Assembly: GCA_010909165.1 (NCBI GenBank)
Contig: MU008149.1
Span: 395,086 to 459,085 of the forward strand
Origin: Anthoceros angustus
Lineage: Eukaryota > Plantae > Anthocerotophyta
DNA length: 64,000 bases
Direction: 5' to 3'
Position numbers and translations under genes: made by a program. Numbering within the stretch: position 1 is the stretch's first letter; each line of letters opens with the position of its first letter. Shown in pieces: positions 49,251-62,900 of the stretch. The notes beneath the pieces are model-generated. The model searched no databases and was not told the origin of the DNA. It saw only the letters and a list, made by a program, of their open reading frames with translations.

Positions 49251-49629
49251 GGGTTAAGTTTGGTTCCCCTACCTGGTTGTCTTCTCGACCGCTCATCCCA
49301 ATCCACAACCCCACTCATTCTACCGCGTTGTCGACCCCAACTTATAGACCCCAATTATTAACCACCCCCTATCTCATATATAGACTTTTTGGAACAGTCC
49401 ATGGGCCAAGGAACACCAAATTCCGGACCATTTATTTTCTAACCTAGGCAATAAAACAAAAAGAACTCCATAGGCCAAGGACATTTTTACTATGAATATC
49501 CTCAACCTAGTCAATCGACTTATTTTCACACCTCTCGGCAAAAAACAAAAAATTCACTTGGGGCACATTTTAAGGGTTTCAGACTAGATCGTTTACATAC
49601 TCCCTTCTCATTTGTTGGCGTCCTCGCCA

Positions 49630-52600
49630 ACTTATAATACTTCTTGACCCTCCACCCATTGACTCGGGTGGTAGTGGAGGTCCTGCTCTTGCGTTGTCTT
49701 GAGCCATTCTTGAAGACTTGAGAACTTTGTGGCCCCATCCATCGAAGGTGGAGCTTGCGGAAAGTGCATATACCTATTGTCGTCTGAGGCCAAGTCACCG
49801 GAACTACCCTCTTGCTTCCCAACGATTGTCATGCCATATTTTCCGTTTCGCTGAATATATCACGCGCAGCGCTCAGCGCTCCCTATCCTCTGTATGTTTA
49901 GCGAAGGCGCGTTCGGTGACTTTCCTCTTGCCATGCGGTTAGTTTCACAGATCGCGGTGGGAATTTCAAACTCAATAGGCATTAGGAGAATGGCCGTAGG
50001 TGAGGTAATGCGGTGTTTGTTGCGTTGTTATTTTCTCTGCGATCCTGTATGCCCAGGCGGAGTGAAGCTTAAGATCCCGTCGCGTATTCCACCGTTAGCT
50101 TGTTGAGGATCTGCACAGAGCCCATTCGCCTTTTGTTAAGCCATTTGCCTTGGGATTATAAAGTCGTTTTCCTGGCGACGTTGAAGTAGATCATATGAGA
50201 TATAACCGTTGGAAATGTGACCCTCTGTCAGACAAGCTCAAGGGCAACCATATCAGTGATAATGTGTTCATAGAGGAACTGGCCACTACATGGTGTGTCT
50301 ACTGTGTGCGGGCTTCCACCATCTGGTGCAATAGTCGGTGTACGAGGATGTATTGGTTTTGTCGCGTCTCGTTTTTGGTATATGGGACCAACAAAGTCTA
50401 TTCCCCATTTCTCGAATGGCGCGGGGCCAATATCGGAACCATTGGCCATTGAGTGGTTGCGGTTTCCCAACCCTCGGCGGGCATAGCGTTTAACAAACTC
50501 CTAGCATCACGATGCATGGTTTGCCACCGATTACCCGTTTCAAGCACCTTCTTGCACGTGATATGTGCGGCAAAAATGTCCTCCGCTTCCCCTCGTGCAT
50601 CTCCATCGGCTCGGATAACTGCTCCTTGCATAACTGTCCCGCCCATCCGGTCCCGATTTATGATTGTCTTTGCGTCGTACAAGCGGGCGAATAGTGCTAA
50701 GCGCTGCCTGGGGTTTGAAAGATCCGTGGTATTTTCCCGTTCCGAATTCCATCATCTCCTCGTGTGGGCCTTGTGTATCCGTTCTCCCTTCTCATTTCTG
50801 CCGAGCCACCATTTACCCTCGCCTTATGGTTCGGTGCGCTTCCCCTCTAACTCGCATGACAGCTTCATCGGGAAAATCGTCGTTTTGGTCTGTGTAACCT
50901 CCTCTGTTTCGACCTCGAAATGTAATCTGCATTCACATGTTTACTCCCTCCTCTGGTCTCCACCGTGAGCGTGAATTCTTGCGAGTAGGATCCATCTTGC
51001 TATGCGTCCGACAAGTCGGTTTGTTTACGGTGTTTGAGGCGAAGTGGTCCACATGGAAGACGAACTCGTGGGATAGCAAATAGTGACGAAACTTGCCGAG
51101 TACACCATAGCGCCTCCCTCTCGGTGGTGGTATACTTCTTCTGCGTCGTGAGCTGCCTCCTGCATAATAGATTGGATAATCGTGCTTCTTGTCATCCCTT
51201 TGGCTTAGAATGGTACCGATTGCATAGGCGCGTCTACAAACACGTGGAACTTCTTGCTCATCGGCCCCGTGGGTCTTTGTGATCGGTGGTCAGAAGATCA
51301 TTGAAGGCCTCTCGTTTTGCGTCCATTCCACTCCTGGTCCTTGCGAAGCAATTAGCGGGCCCCTTAGAAATTCTTCAAACAAATAATAGCCTACCATCCG
51401 AGGAATCCCTAAGCTCCTTGATTGTGGTAGGTGGCTTGAGGCGGTAATGATTTTGACCTTATCCGGGTCGACCTCTATCCCCCGCGCAGAAATGCGATGC
51501 CCCAACAAAATACCCTCTGGCATTCCGAAATAACATTTCTCGGGGTGTAGACACAATTGGGTCTGTTGACACCGTTCCAGACATTTGCGAAGGTGGTTGA
51601 GGTGATCTTTCGCTGCTCTAAACACGCAGAAGTCATCCAGGAAGACCTCCATGAAGTCCCTAAGGTATTCCTTGAAAATCTTGACAATGTCGCATGAAGG
51701 ATCACGGTGCCCTGTTAATCCGAGCAGCACTCCGTTTGTAGGCATAGGTTCCCGATCGTAGTGAAGGTGTTGGTGGCCAATCACTCTCCACGAGATGGTG
51801 ATTATACCCGAATACCCATCCGAGGAGCAGGTAGACCATTCTCCGCAACTAAGTCCGATTATGTTGTCTATGAATGAATAGCGGGTAGTGGTCTTTTTGG
51901 TCACCTTGTTTAACTTCCTCCAATCTGCGGACCGTATCTTCCCTTACGCTTTTGGGAACCACCACAATTGGGGCTACCCACTCTCCGATGTCACAATAGG
52001 ATATATGCGTGCAAGTAGAGCTCATTCCTTTACCTTCAGTGAATACTTTGGATTTAGCTTGTATTGCGGTGTCCGGGTGCACACCGGCTCGAGATCAATC
52101 TTGTGCTCCCCACTCCTCGGTATACCCTTCATGTCCTTAACGTCAAAAGCAAAACGTGGATAAATTCCATGTAATTTGTTTCATACCCCTTTCCAAGTGC
52201 ATTCATCCTGTTCGAAAACTTAAGGACTTTGCCAGGCAACACCTCCACGTCCTTGACCTCATCCGTCTGTACCCACTCTCTTTCCACCGGCGCGGATGTG
52301 ATGCCGAACCCTTCCTCCGGCTGTCTTGGTTCTCCTTCACGCATTCCCCATTCCCGGAATAGGTCGTCTGAGGTAAAACGTGAGACACCCTCCTCGCATC
52401 CCTCCGAAGTTTGTCCAGATGCGTCGCTCTCCGGCTCAGCCACCTCTACTTCCTCGACCTCCGTCCCGGCCTTCTGGTCTCCTCCTCCCGACCACGGGTT
52501 GTCAATTGTGACTCCATAGCACCCTAATAGGTTGATGGAATGGGAATATCTCTCCGTCGTCCTCTTCATCGACCACGAAATATATGCGAATGGGAATTTC

Positions 52601-55110
52601 TCCTTCTCATCCTCTCCCCAGAGGTATCTTGAGAGGTGTATCCCTCCGTTTGATGGGTGTCTCTCCCTGCGTCGTATCTCTGCTCCAAGTCAAACATATC
52701 CTTCCTCCTTAATTTTGGGGTCCCGGTCCAGGTTTGAATCCACTTCCTTTCTCGCCCATTTGAAGGTGCAAGCGTGCCCCATACATCCATGTTCGTCAAT
52801 GAGAACCTCATATCACAGCGCTTTTTGTTTAATGACCACGTAGTCCATGAGTGCGGAATGGTACCAATATGGGTTAGGACTCCGTCAACTCCCCTAGGCG
52901 CCATTTTGGACATGTCGCCACGCAACACCTTTGATGTATGTTCTCGCAACCCAAGCTTAGGCGGTCTCCTCATCATGATGTTGACTCGACCGGAATCTAG
53001 CGGCACCTTCTTGATTACACATCCATAATTTCTATCAGCTCCAGACCAGTCCATCATGGCCACCATATTCACAAGGATTTCGGCCTTGGGGTGGAAAGGT
53101 TCTCTCTTCTTGGGTTGTGCCGCCTTCAATGCCCCAGTTCTTTGGCAGCGGATTGTCCACGAGATGTCGATTATCATGAACTTTTGGTCCATGATAGCCA
53201 AATTGAAAGGAACACTGTTGTGTTTCTCTCCTTGCCAACCCCCGTCATTTTCAACAGCCGCGGTAGTTTGAGATGTTGCGGTCGTTGAAAGCAGTGGCGG
53301 TAGGTGGGTCGGGTGGGTCGATGGCCAAATATGGTCGGGTCTTCCAGTTCTTCGGATCATATCCATAACTTCCCCGACATCGAGCGACTCATCCTTTTTC
53401 CTCTTGCGGGTTTTCGCCCCATGTGTCGACTCGAGTCCCAGCCGTCTGTCCGTTTGCACTTCACCCTCGAATCCAGCGGTCTCGCTAAGGGAGTTACACC
53501 GTGATGCCATCCCAAAATCGCAACCCTCGCGTTAAGTGTGGCGTTGCCTTGCTCCCGTCCATTGGATTCATGCCCTTTCTTTTCGGTCCCATACCGAGTC
53601 CCTCGTCGTTTTGTGGTTGGACTTCTCTTCCTTCCCGCTGATGAAGGCGCCTCTTCCTCCTCACTTGCGGACGTTATGGAAGCTCCCACTCCGTTCTTCT
53701 TCTCTTTTCCCGTTCCCCTTCTTAGGGTGTCCTTCCTCTGCGCTCCGTCGAGCGACCATCGCGGGAGTTCCGTAATACCCATCCACATCCCCAACCCTTC
53801 CGGGCTCCTCGGTTGGCCTCGGAATCCTCCCATACTGACCATGGCGCATCTTGACTTGCATTGTTGCGCAGGCTTTCTTTGTCTGGTCGCCAGGAGGTTG
53901 AGCGATCCTCACTGTTTTTTGGTGTCTGGGAGGGGCGCTGCCGCTCGTGACGATTGCTTGCATCCACACACCTTTCAAAATCACCATTCCCTGGCGAGAT
54001 GCGGAGGGGCATCCAGCAAGATGCGAACCCTCGGCAATTGTAACCTTGGCACTCATTTGCCGGGTTCCTTGCCATCGATACGAATGCCCATGCACCGTGT
54101 TTCAAACTTGAGGTACAAAGTTTTGGTGCGGCGTCGCTCTTGAATTTGGTATGTATCTTCCAAGCACATCTCTTCCTCGTCCTCCTCGTAGCCCAGCAGT
54201 TGTACTTTTGTTTGTGGACAGTTCGACCTCGAGTGCCCCTGCTGTCCACAAGTTGAGCAGAAGAGATTCGCCCGCGCTCCAGTAGCAACCCTTCTTCTAT
54301 CATGGTCCTTGATGGCATTAAGATGGAGTTTCTCCAGTTTGACCATCATTTCCTCCATCTTGTTCCCTTGTTGCTCCACTTTTTTGGCTGCTGTTTCCAC
54401 CTCTCTTCTCACCTGCTCCGCGTCCTTTCGTGCATATAGCAGCTCCTTCCCTTTTGCACGTCGTCTTGTTTCCCAGTCATTTTTTCCCTTCTTCCTTCTA
54501 TCCCTTGATTGCGCTCACCTTCCGAATTCTCCTCCGAATCCTCGTTGGTCTCCTCTTGGTGGAGCTACAGGAGTCGGTTGAAAACTATCCTCCTCCATGG
54601 GCTGTCATCGGACGAATAGTACTTCTTCTTCTTTTGTATTTCTTTTTGTCCTTAGCGCCCTTGTTCGAGTTCTTCTTCTCTTCGCGTTGGACTCCTCATA
54701 GTTCGAGCCTTGATCGCCCGATCCAAATCTTTCTCGACAGGCATGCGTGCCTTCCCATCTCGCGCCCAATCCTCTTGCAAACCGGTGAATGGCCATTAGC
54801 TCAGTGCGGACCGGCCCGATCCGTGTGGAACCTTTCCATAAGCTGCGGTCTCTCTTCCCTCTCCGCAATCCCTCGAGTTTGGACAAGACATATCCTTCCA
54901 CATCGACCCCTCTGATCTTTCACAAAAGCTCTCTTCAAGGCCCCAAAGTAGGCGGGGTGTGGAAGAAGCTATGTACTCGCTTGTACCACTTGGCGCGCTC
55001 CGTAAGACTCCATAAAGCAGTGGGCGATCGCATCCTCACGGTTGTGGCGTCGGCTCAAAAGCGCTCGACAAACTCGTCGGGATCCTCATGGCCCTTCTTT
55101 TCTCCATAGC
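49630..55110 (-). pseudogene. Gypsy gag-PR-RT-RH-INT, heavily frameshifted
   Basis: Gag EDPDEFVERF; CSTCGQQGHSRSNC knuckle; LDSG protease-like. RT WVAPIVVVPK, DGYSG, MEVFLDDF, LHPEKCYFG..LLGHRIS..GIEVDPDKV. INT PFEKWGIDFVGPI, ending RVNGWRVKKYY. Confidence 0.9.
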
Positions 55111-56664
55111 GGGTAAGATTGCTTAGTAGTAACAAGCAGATCGCCATAACTACCGTGGTACTTTCAGCGACTGCGGTAGTTGGCGGCCACTAAATGCGGT
55201 GACCTCTACATTCACGCGGTTGACGGGCTGCGGCGGATCTAGGCAATGGGCGAGATCAAAAGACAAGGTGGGTGCCGGCCCACCGCTTAGTAGTCGAGAG
55301 TTGGGAATCAATAAGATCCGATCCCTAGTTCGAGTTGACTCCTGTCCCCCCTCGTCCGTCCAAATGTGATCTCCGCGTGCTCTCCTCGTAACTCTCTGCA
55401 ATCTTTCCGCTGCTTGGCGTTGCCGTCTTGCGAGCGTTTCCCCGTCGGATCGAATCGCTTGTCTCCGAGGCATCCATCAATCTAGTAATGCTAGACTCTC
55501 GTAAGCTATGGTTAGTCCTTCCTCGTCCTTGTGATTCCATTCCCGCAGCGGCGCCAAAATGTGGAGTGTGGATTGTGACACCGTGAGGTCCACATTCACC
55601 CTCAATGTCGTTGTAGGCTTAGGATTCGCTCCCAAGGGAATGGTTTGTGCCGAGGCGCTTAACTTCTCGACCTTGCCTAAGTCACCTACTACTCCTTACC
55701 CACTACTCCCCTACTATCCTACCCCTGTCTTATTCACGACCCAATCTTATTCCCGCGTCTCACTAGTAGTTGCTTACACCGAGGTGGGTCCCACCAAACC
55801 CTAGCGACTATCTCGGCGGCGCGATCCACGCGGCGGCTGCAGCGATGTTTATTGCACTCCACACACTTCCCACCGACCAAATTCCTAGGATACCTCACCT
55901 CCCCACACACACACACGCCACACTCACTTTTACAAGGCTTTGTTTTCCTTGTGCACTTTCCACCGGTTTGGTTTCTTTTGGATTCACACACAATTCTCCT
56001 TTCTAGCTCAATTAGTTCTCTTCTCACTCTCACACCTCGCATCGTCTGAGTTTAGTCTCCTTCATCTCTTCTCTCTCTCTCCTCTCAATTCGCCCGCGGG
56101 CTTCCAACCATCCACTCAACACTTCTCTCAAATTTGAACACAACTAGCGGACAAGGTGAAGGAAAGAAGAACCGGCGTCGCGGCGTTACGAGCAAGCTCG
56201 GACCGCCCGCGCCAATCCCTTGGTTTCCTCCTCCTTTCGGATTGCTCATCACCTCCTCCTCCCGTTGCGGAGCAAGCTCTCGACCACCCCTAGGGCGTCT
56301 CGCACCACCTCTGTCAATCGGACGTCTCAACCAGCCACAGGCGTGGGGATCTCAGGAGTTATCGTGAGGACCTAGTTGCCCCTCTTATACATCGGGCACC
56401 GCTGCCCAGTTTAGGTCCTAAGATGGCTAAGGGCCGCCCACAATTCGCGATCCTAGGTCGATGGGGCATCCTAACCAAATTATCTTTAGGTTGCTACCAC
56501 CTCGACCCTCGCTATCCTGCGCCCTACCTCGACTTGTCAGCCGTCCTCCATTGCCGCCGCCACGAGCTCTCACCTTGCCGGACGGGTTCTCCCACACTAC
56601 TTCCACCTCACATCACTTCTGGACGTCCTAATTTGAGGTGTACCACCGAGCTTCCGCATCTTCC

Positions 56665-58730
56665 GCCTATTCGAGGATTACCACGGTTCCTCGTCCACCC
56701 AAGCTGGACCTCCTCGCTCAACTCCTCCAAAGTCGCCTCCGCATAATAGGGGCCAACCCCACACAGGCGCAATGGTAGAAGTATGCACTCGGGTCCTCAC
56801 TTGCGATGGTAGGCCACGATCCCTCCTATTTCCACACGCACATGGGACGGTGAGGTTAAGCACGCGTTCTCCATTCACATATAGACCGGGTAAGTTTCCT
56901 CATCCATGTGCCGTAATATAATAGGACCCCTGCTGAGGTGCTTACCCCTCCTCCGTAGGCTACACAGTTGCACGGCCTCATGTCCTCGCGTGCACGTCGC
57001 GCCTGTCGCCCCCGCCATTCTTCGCTACCACGGTAGTGGACTCCACGACCGTCGTTGTCCGGCCCGGTAGTGAGGTTTTGCTACCTCGGTTCTTTGCTTC
57101 CTTCCCTCGGTAGGCCTTCCGCTACCCGATCGTGGTCACCGCCCACCCTTCCTTCTCTTTTTTTACCACGTGCCTCATCCGCTCCCGTTATACTCGTTCG
57201 CTTATGGGCCTTCTCGAGGCCGCCTCCGCTCTGGGCAACAACTCCCCCATCTCGGTTTGACTCGTGGGCATCCTTAATTTGAGCCATGAGTGCTTCCTGG
57301 CTCGTCATGGCTTGCAACTTCTCACAGGCCTGCACAAATCCTGAATCTTGGCCCTTATTTCCTCTAGGTTCCGCTTGTCTTCCTCCGATTGCTTGCGCTT
57401 GGCCTCCTTTCAAACACGGCCTTCACCACTTCCTCCCGCCTTGCACCCAGGCGGTGAGAGCTAAAGCCGCTTGATCCAACAAATGCGCTTGGGCGGATCA
57501 TCGTGGTCGGCTCACCAAGTCCACTTGTTGGCGGCCCGCGCCATCCCTCTGTCGAGAACTTTCCCAACAAAGTGCGCACCCTCACCAATTCGGTTGCATC
57601 CACCTCTGTTGCGGTGGAGTCCCTTGAAAATCTCTTCCCATCTTTGAGGAGGGTCCGCCTCACGAGGTCAGCCTAAACCCTCCCGTTGATTCATCATCTG
57701 CATCCAGTCGGCAAAATTGTCCTCGGATCGCCTCTTCCTCGCCACCTCGCTGCCGTTTGGCTTTCATTTCTTTGCTTTTCTGTGGCAGCACCGCCGACCT
57801 GAGCGTCACCTTCACTTTTTTTGCCGCCCACCCGGTCTTCCTCTTCTTGTAGAATTTCCTTCTCTCCTCAGGCACTGTATGGACTCCAGTCCGATTCCTC
57901 CTCAATTTCCTCCTTGGGCTCCTCCGCCTTCCACTTCACCTCCCTGGCTTCCACATGTGAGGAGGCTACAATTCTCTGGCGGGCAATTAGCATCATAAAG
58001 ATGGACTAGGAATGGTGAGATTAGAGGGCGAGGGGGAGAAATCAAGTTCAACCTCTCTTCACACAACTTCGAAGAGGTCGATCGATTTTTGACACTTCAT
58101 GGAGGAACAAGCGGTGGTCGGACAAATAATCCACGCTTCTTGTCTGTGCAGAAGCCATGGCGGACCCATCAAGCTGCGTTGCCAATCTCGCGTCAACCAT
58201 TGGGTTCGGACGCCTTAACGGGCGGCTGCTTTTGCTCTTTTCCGGAAGGTTCCATCACCAAACCCGCCTCCTCCTTGCGCGCCTTCCCTAACCAATGCGG
58301 TCCCAATCCGTTTTGCTCTAAATCCCTCGCCCGGTTGCTTGTCTTTTAGGTGGCGCGCACTCCACCGATCCCAGTTCGTAATTCCACCGCTCTTCCATGA
58401 AACCCGGCTTGACTCCTTCACGCCCCATCGAACTTTCCAATGATCCATGTTTGGCCATTGAGCGCACAATTTTGACCTTGGGCGCCATCCTCGGTCTGGT
58501 CTCGCGCCTCAAATAGCCACCTCTGAATTTCTGAGGTCGGCTCGAGTTCCTACCTCCTCAAAGCGCCGCCCGCTCCGCCTTCCGCGGGGTTGCGATTCGT
58601 GAGGGTTGGGCTCCTCCCGCCGTTGCGCCTCGCTCTCCGCGATCACGGTGCCCTCGACTCGGCTCCGCGACCTCACGCTCCGCCGTTCGCTCCTCCGCGC
58701 TCCGGCCGTTGCGCTCCGTTGTTTGAGCGG
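56665..58730 (-). pseudogene. LTR-internal ORF in LTR B
   Basis: Same peptide blocks, with breaks at different positions from copies A and C. Confidence 0.55.
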
Positions 58731-59116
58731 ATTCATTCCTGGTTTCCTTAGGGTTAAGTTTGGCCCCCCCTCTGTTGTCTTCTCGACCGCTTCCACATCC
58801 CAATCCACAACCCCACACTCATTCGGCTACCGCCTGGGTCGACCCCAACTTATAGACTCTAAATAACCACCCCCTACCTCACATATATAGACCTTTGGGA
58901 ACATTCCGAGTCCATGGGCCAAGGAACACCAATTCCGGACCATTTATTATCTAACCTAGGCAATAAAACAAAAAGAACTCCATAGGCCAAGGACATTTTT
59001 AATATGAATATCCTCAACTACCGTCAATCGACTTATTTTCACACCACTCTCGACAAAAAAACAAAAAAATTCCTTGAGGCACATTTTAGGGGTTTCCGAG
59101 GCCTAAGATCGTTTCT

Positions 59117-59960
59117 GATGGTGGGACACCATGCGGGAAAAGGAAGGTAGCAAGTGTGAAGGCTGCGGAGGGAGCACGTCGTGGCGGAGGAGGCCCAAAA
59201 ATTGCCGCCCGGCGCGCTCCGGAGTCCCTAGTCTGTCGAGGGCGCTCGACGAGGAGGTCGAGATGGACCTTGTCACTCTTGGTACTCTGACAGCGCCGGC
59301 TCCATCCCGTCGTGGCGGGTTCATTTGAGGGATTGCTTTGCCTTTCCGTTAGAGCACCAAGAGAAGAGCGGGCGAGTTTCTTCCCAGGACTTCCCTTGGA
59401 GGGAGGTAGTGGTTCGAGGCCGGATGGCATACAGAATGCCCTCCTGTCTTCCTCCTCCCTGCTGTACGTCGTGCCTTGGCCGATGGCTTTGTCGGGGTCT
59501 TGCAACTTCCTCCTTACCGTTCCCCTACGGTAGGGTGGCCAACCCCCCATCGAGAGGAGCTCATTCCTCCTCTTCTCCTTCAAGAGATTGAAGTGTCACC
59601 CAGAACATGTAACAATATGAAAGGGGACAAGCATGCCGATGGGGAAACCGGCTCATTGCCGTAGCTTCCGAGCCTCTTGCCCAGGCTGTTCAGGCGAAGA
59701 TAGTGCGTGATGCCACTTGCACACTTTCGGGAGGCGTGCGGAGAAACCGACAGTGATTTATCCCCGGTGGTCCACCTTAGTGAAGCATGTTCCGATGGAC
59801 AATAAATTTTTCGCCACTTGCCCTCACGACTTGGTTAATTCGATGGAGTCCCGACATAAGCCCATTTGCAGCGTTAGAGGACCTCTGCGAGTCACAGGCT
59901 TCTCGGCGCTTCCTTGGCGTGCTCAACCTCCCCAGCTTCACCTTGAGGGGCGTGGGTGTA
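59117..59960 (-). mobile_element. Fragment of a related long-LTR ORF region
   Basis: 59660-59810 is similar to 32560-32720; the minus strand gives TKVDH.GD and HYLRL remnants. Confidence 0.45.
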
Positions 59961-59964
59961 ACCT

Positions 59965-62900
59965 TGTGTCTAGGGACACCGTGGGGTCCATTCACCCTCA
60001 ATGTCGTTGTAGGCTAGGATTCGCTCCCAAGGGAATGGTTTGTGCCAGAGGCGCTTCTATCACTCTTGACCTTTGCCTAAGTCGGGCTTGCTATCACTCC
60101 TCTTACCTATCTACTCAACTACTACTACCTTCCGACTTGTCCAACGACCGCAAATCCCATTTCACGACCGCAAATCATTCCACGGGTAGTTGCTACGACT
60201 ACCGAGGTGGGTCCCACCAAACCCTAGCAACTCATCTACTGCGCGCGGCGCGGCGGACTAGCACGGGCAGCTACGGTGCTCATCGGACTTTATTTGGCAC
60301 TCCACACTTCATGCACCCACCAATTCCTAGAGACCAAAGGTCCTAGGATACCTCGCTTACTCCACACACACACACACGGAAGGCGCCACCCCACACGGTT
60401 TCTACTAGAGACTTTGTTTTCCTTGTGCACTTTCCCGCCGGTTTGAGTTCCTCAATTCACACAATTCTCCCTTGCTAACGCTCCATCGCTCACTTTACTC
60501 TTCCCACTTACGATCTCACACCTCGCATCGCGTCTGATGTTGATCTCTCCTTCACCCGATCTCTTCTCTCTCTCTCCCTCCCTCAATTCGCCCACAGGCT
60601 ACCAACCATGCACTCACACTCCGATTTGAACACAACTTTCGGGTTTAAAGGTGAAGGAGGAAGAAAGCGGGCGTCGCGGCGCGTTCTGAGCAAGCTCGGA
60701 CCGCCCGATCCCTTGGCTTCCTCCTCCGTTGTCGATTGCTCCATCACCTCCTTCCCTCCGTTGCGGGCTCTCGACCACTCCGGGCGTCTCGCACACCACC
60801 TCTCTGTCAATCGGACGTCTCCAACCATCCACAGGCGTGGGGATCTCAACGGGAGTTATCTGTTGTGGTGGGCAAAGTTGCCCCTCTTATACATCGGCCG
60901 CCTGTTTCCCAGTTTCTAGATCCTAAAAAGCTAAGGGGCGCACCACAATTCTAAGCGATCTTAGGTCCATGGGGCATCCTACCCAAATTTCATTCCTAGG
61001 ATGCTACCACCACCTCGCTATCCGCGCCCTCCCCGACTCGTCACTTTGGCCTTCGTCCTCATCGCCCGCCCGCCACGAGCCCTCACCTTGCGCCCGGATC
61101 GGCGGGTTTTCCCACAGGACTTCCACCTCACATCGCTTCTTGGGCGTCCTAATTGAGGCATACCACCCGGAACTTCCGCCTCTTGGCTGCCGCCTATTCT
61201 TGAGGATTACCACGGTTCCTCATCCACCCAAGCTGGACCTCCTCTTCACTCAACTCCTCCAGGTCGCCTCCGCATAATAGGGGCCAATCCCCACTCTGGC
61301 GCAATGGTAGAAGTATGCACTTGGTCCTCACTTGCGGTAGGTGACCTCCTCCTATTTCCACACGCACATGGACAGTGAAGTTAAGCACGCGTTCCCCATT
61401 CACATATAGACCAGGCACGTAAGTTTCCTCATCCATGTGCCGCAACATAATAGGACCTCCTGCTGTAGCTGAGGTGCTTACCCCCTCCTCCCGTAGACTA
61501 CACCTGGTTGCCTGGTCCATGTCCTCGCGGGGTGCCGCGTCGCGTCCTGTCGCCCCGTCCATTGCCGCTTCCGCTACCACGGTAGTGGTCTCCACGACCG
61601 TCGTTGGTCCGGAGTGGTAGGTGTTTGACTACCTTGGCTGCTGTGTCCCCTCGGTAGTGCCTTCCACTACCCGGTCGTGTCCACCTCGCTTCCCCTTCTC
61701 TTTTACGGTTCGACCACGTGCCTCATCCCGTTCCGTTTATACCGTTCCGACTTATGGACCTTCTCCACGAGGCCGCCTCCGCTCACAGGCTCGCAACAAC
61801 TCTGCATCTCTGGTTTGACTCGTGGGCATCCTTGATTTGAGCCATGGCGCTTCCTGACTCGTCATGGCTGCGGCTTCTCACAGGCCTGCACAAATCCTCC
61901 ACAGCTTGATCCTTATCTCCTCTAAGGCCCGCTTGTCTTCCTCCGTTGCTTCTTGTTGGGCTTCTCCTTAAATCAAACGGCCTTCACCACTTCCTCCCGC
62001 CCGCCCTTTGAGCCATGTGAGAGCCAAGGCCGCTTGGTCAACAAATCCGCTTGGGCCCGGATCATCGATGTCGTCGGCTCACAGTAATTCCACATTGCGG
62101 CCCGTGCAGGGCCATCCCTCGAGCACCTTCCTTCCCAACAAAGTGCGCACCCTCATTCATTTGCGTCCACCTCTGTTGCCGGTGGAGTCCCCTTGAAAAT
62201 CTCTTCCCATCTTTGAGGAGGGTCCGCTCACGGTCACCTAATTCCTCTGGGGGCTCATCATGCATCAGTCGGCAAAATTTTCTTCCTCGGACCGCGCCTC
62301 TTCCTCCGCCACCTCGATCCGTTTGGCTTTCATTTTCTTTGCTTTTCTGTGTGGCACATTGACTGTGGCGCGTCCCTTCACTTTTTTGGGACCGTCGCCA
62401 CTCCGGTCTTCCTCTTCTTCTTGGTAGAAATTTCCTTCTCTTCCTCAGGCCACTGTCGCCATGGACTCCCAGTGTCAGGTTCCTCCTCAATTTCCTCCTT
62501 AGGCTCCTCCGCCACTTTCCTGACGGGCTTCCACATATGAAGGAGGCCACAATTTCTACCTCTGGGGCAATTAGCATGCGCATAAAGATGAACTAGGAAT
62601 GGTGAAATTAGAGAGGGGGGTAGGAGAAATCAGTTCAACCTTTCTTCACTCAACTTCTCAAGAGGATTCGTCCCGATCGATTTTGCGCCAGCAACTTCAT
62701 GGAGGAACAGCAAGTGGTCGGACAAATAATCCACTTCTTGTCTTTGTAGGAAGCGGAGAAGCCATCTGGCGGACCCATTAAGTCTTTGTTGCCAATTCGC
62801 GTCGGACCATTGGGTTCGGATTCGCCCGCCTTCACGGTGCCTTCTTCTTGTGCTCCTTTTAGAAGGTTCCATCACCAAACCCCTGCCTCCTCCTTCTGCG

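Larger units (their letters stand above)
45955..59116 (-). mobile_element. Ty3/gypsy non-chromovirus (Athila-like) element with about 3.6-kb LTRs
   Basis: 5' LTR (B) about 59116-55560 and 3' LTR (A) 49597-about 45955. PBS TGGCGCCGCTGCGGG at 55556-55542 resembles the tRNA-Asp-type Athila PBS. PPT GAGAAGGGAGTA at 49609-49598 directly abuts TGTAAACGATC. TSD not resolved. Confidence 0.85.

Noticed and set aside
49526-49640. Integrase read-through across the PPT into the LTR (KKYYKLART...)
   Set aside because: More simply explained by a 1-bp indel removing the stop after YY in an indel-rich region.
55542-55556. tRNA gene fragments (also 3773-3784, 44815-44825)
   Set aside because: These are primer-binding sites complementary to tRNA 3' ends; no cloverleaf is present.
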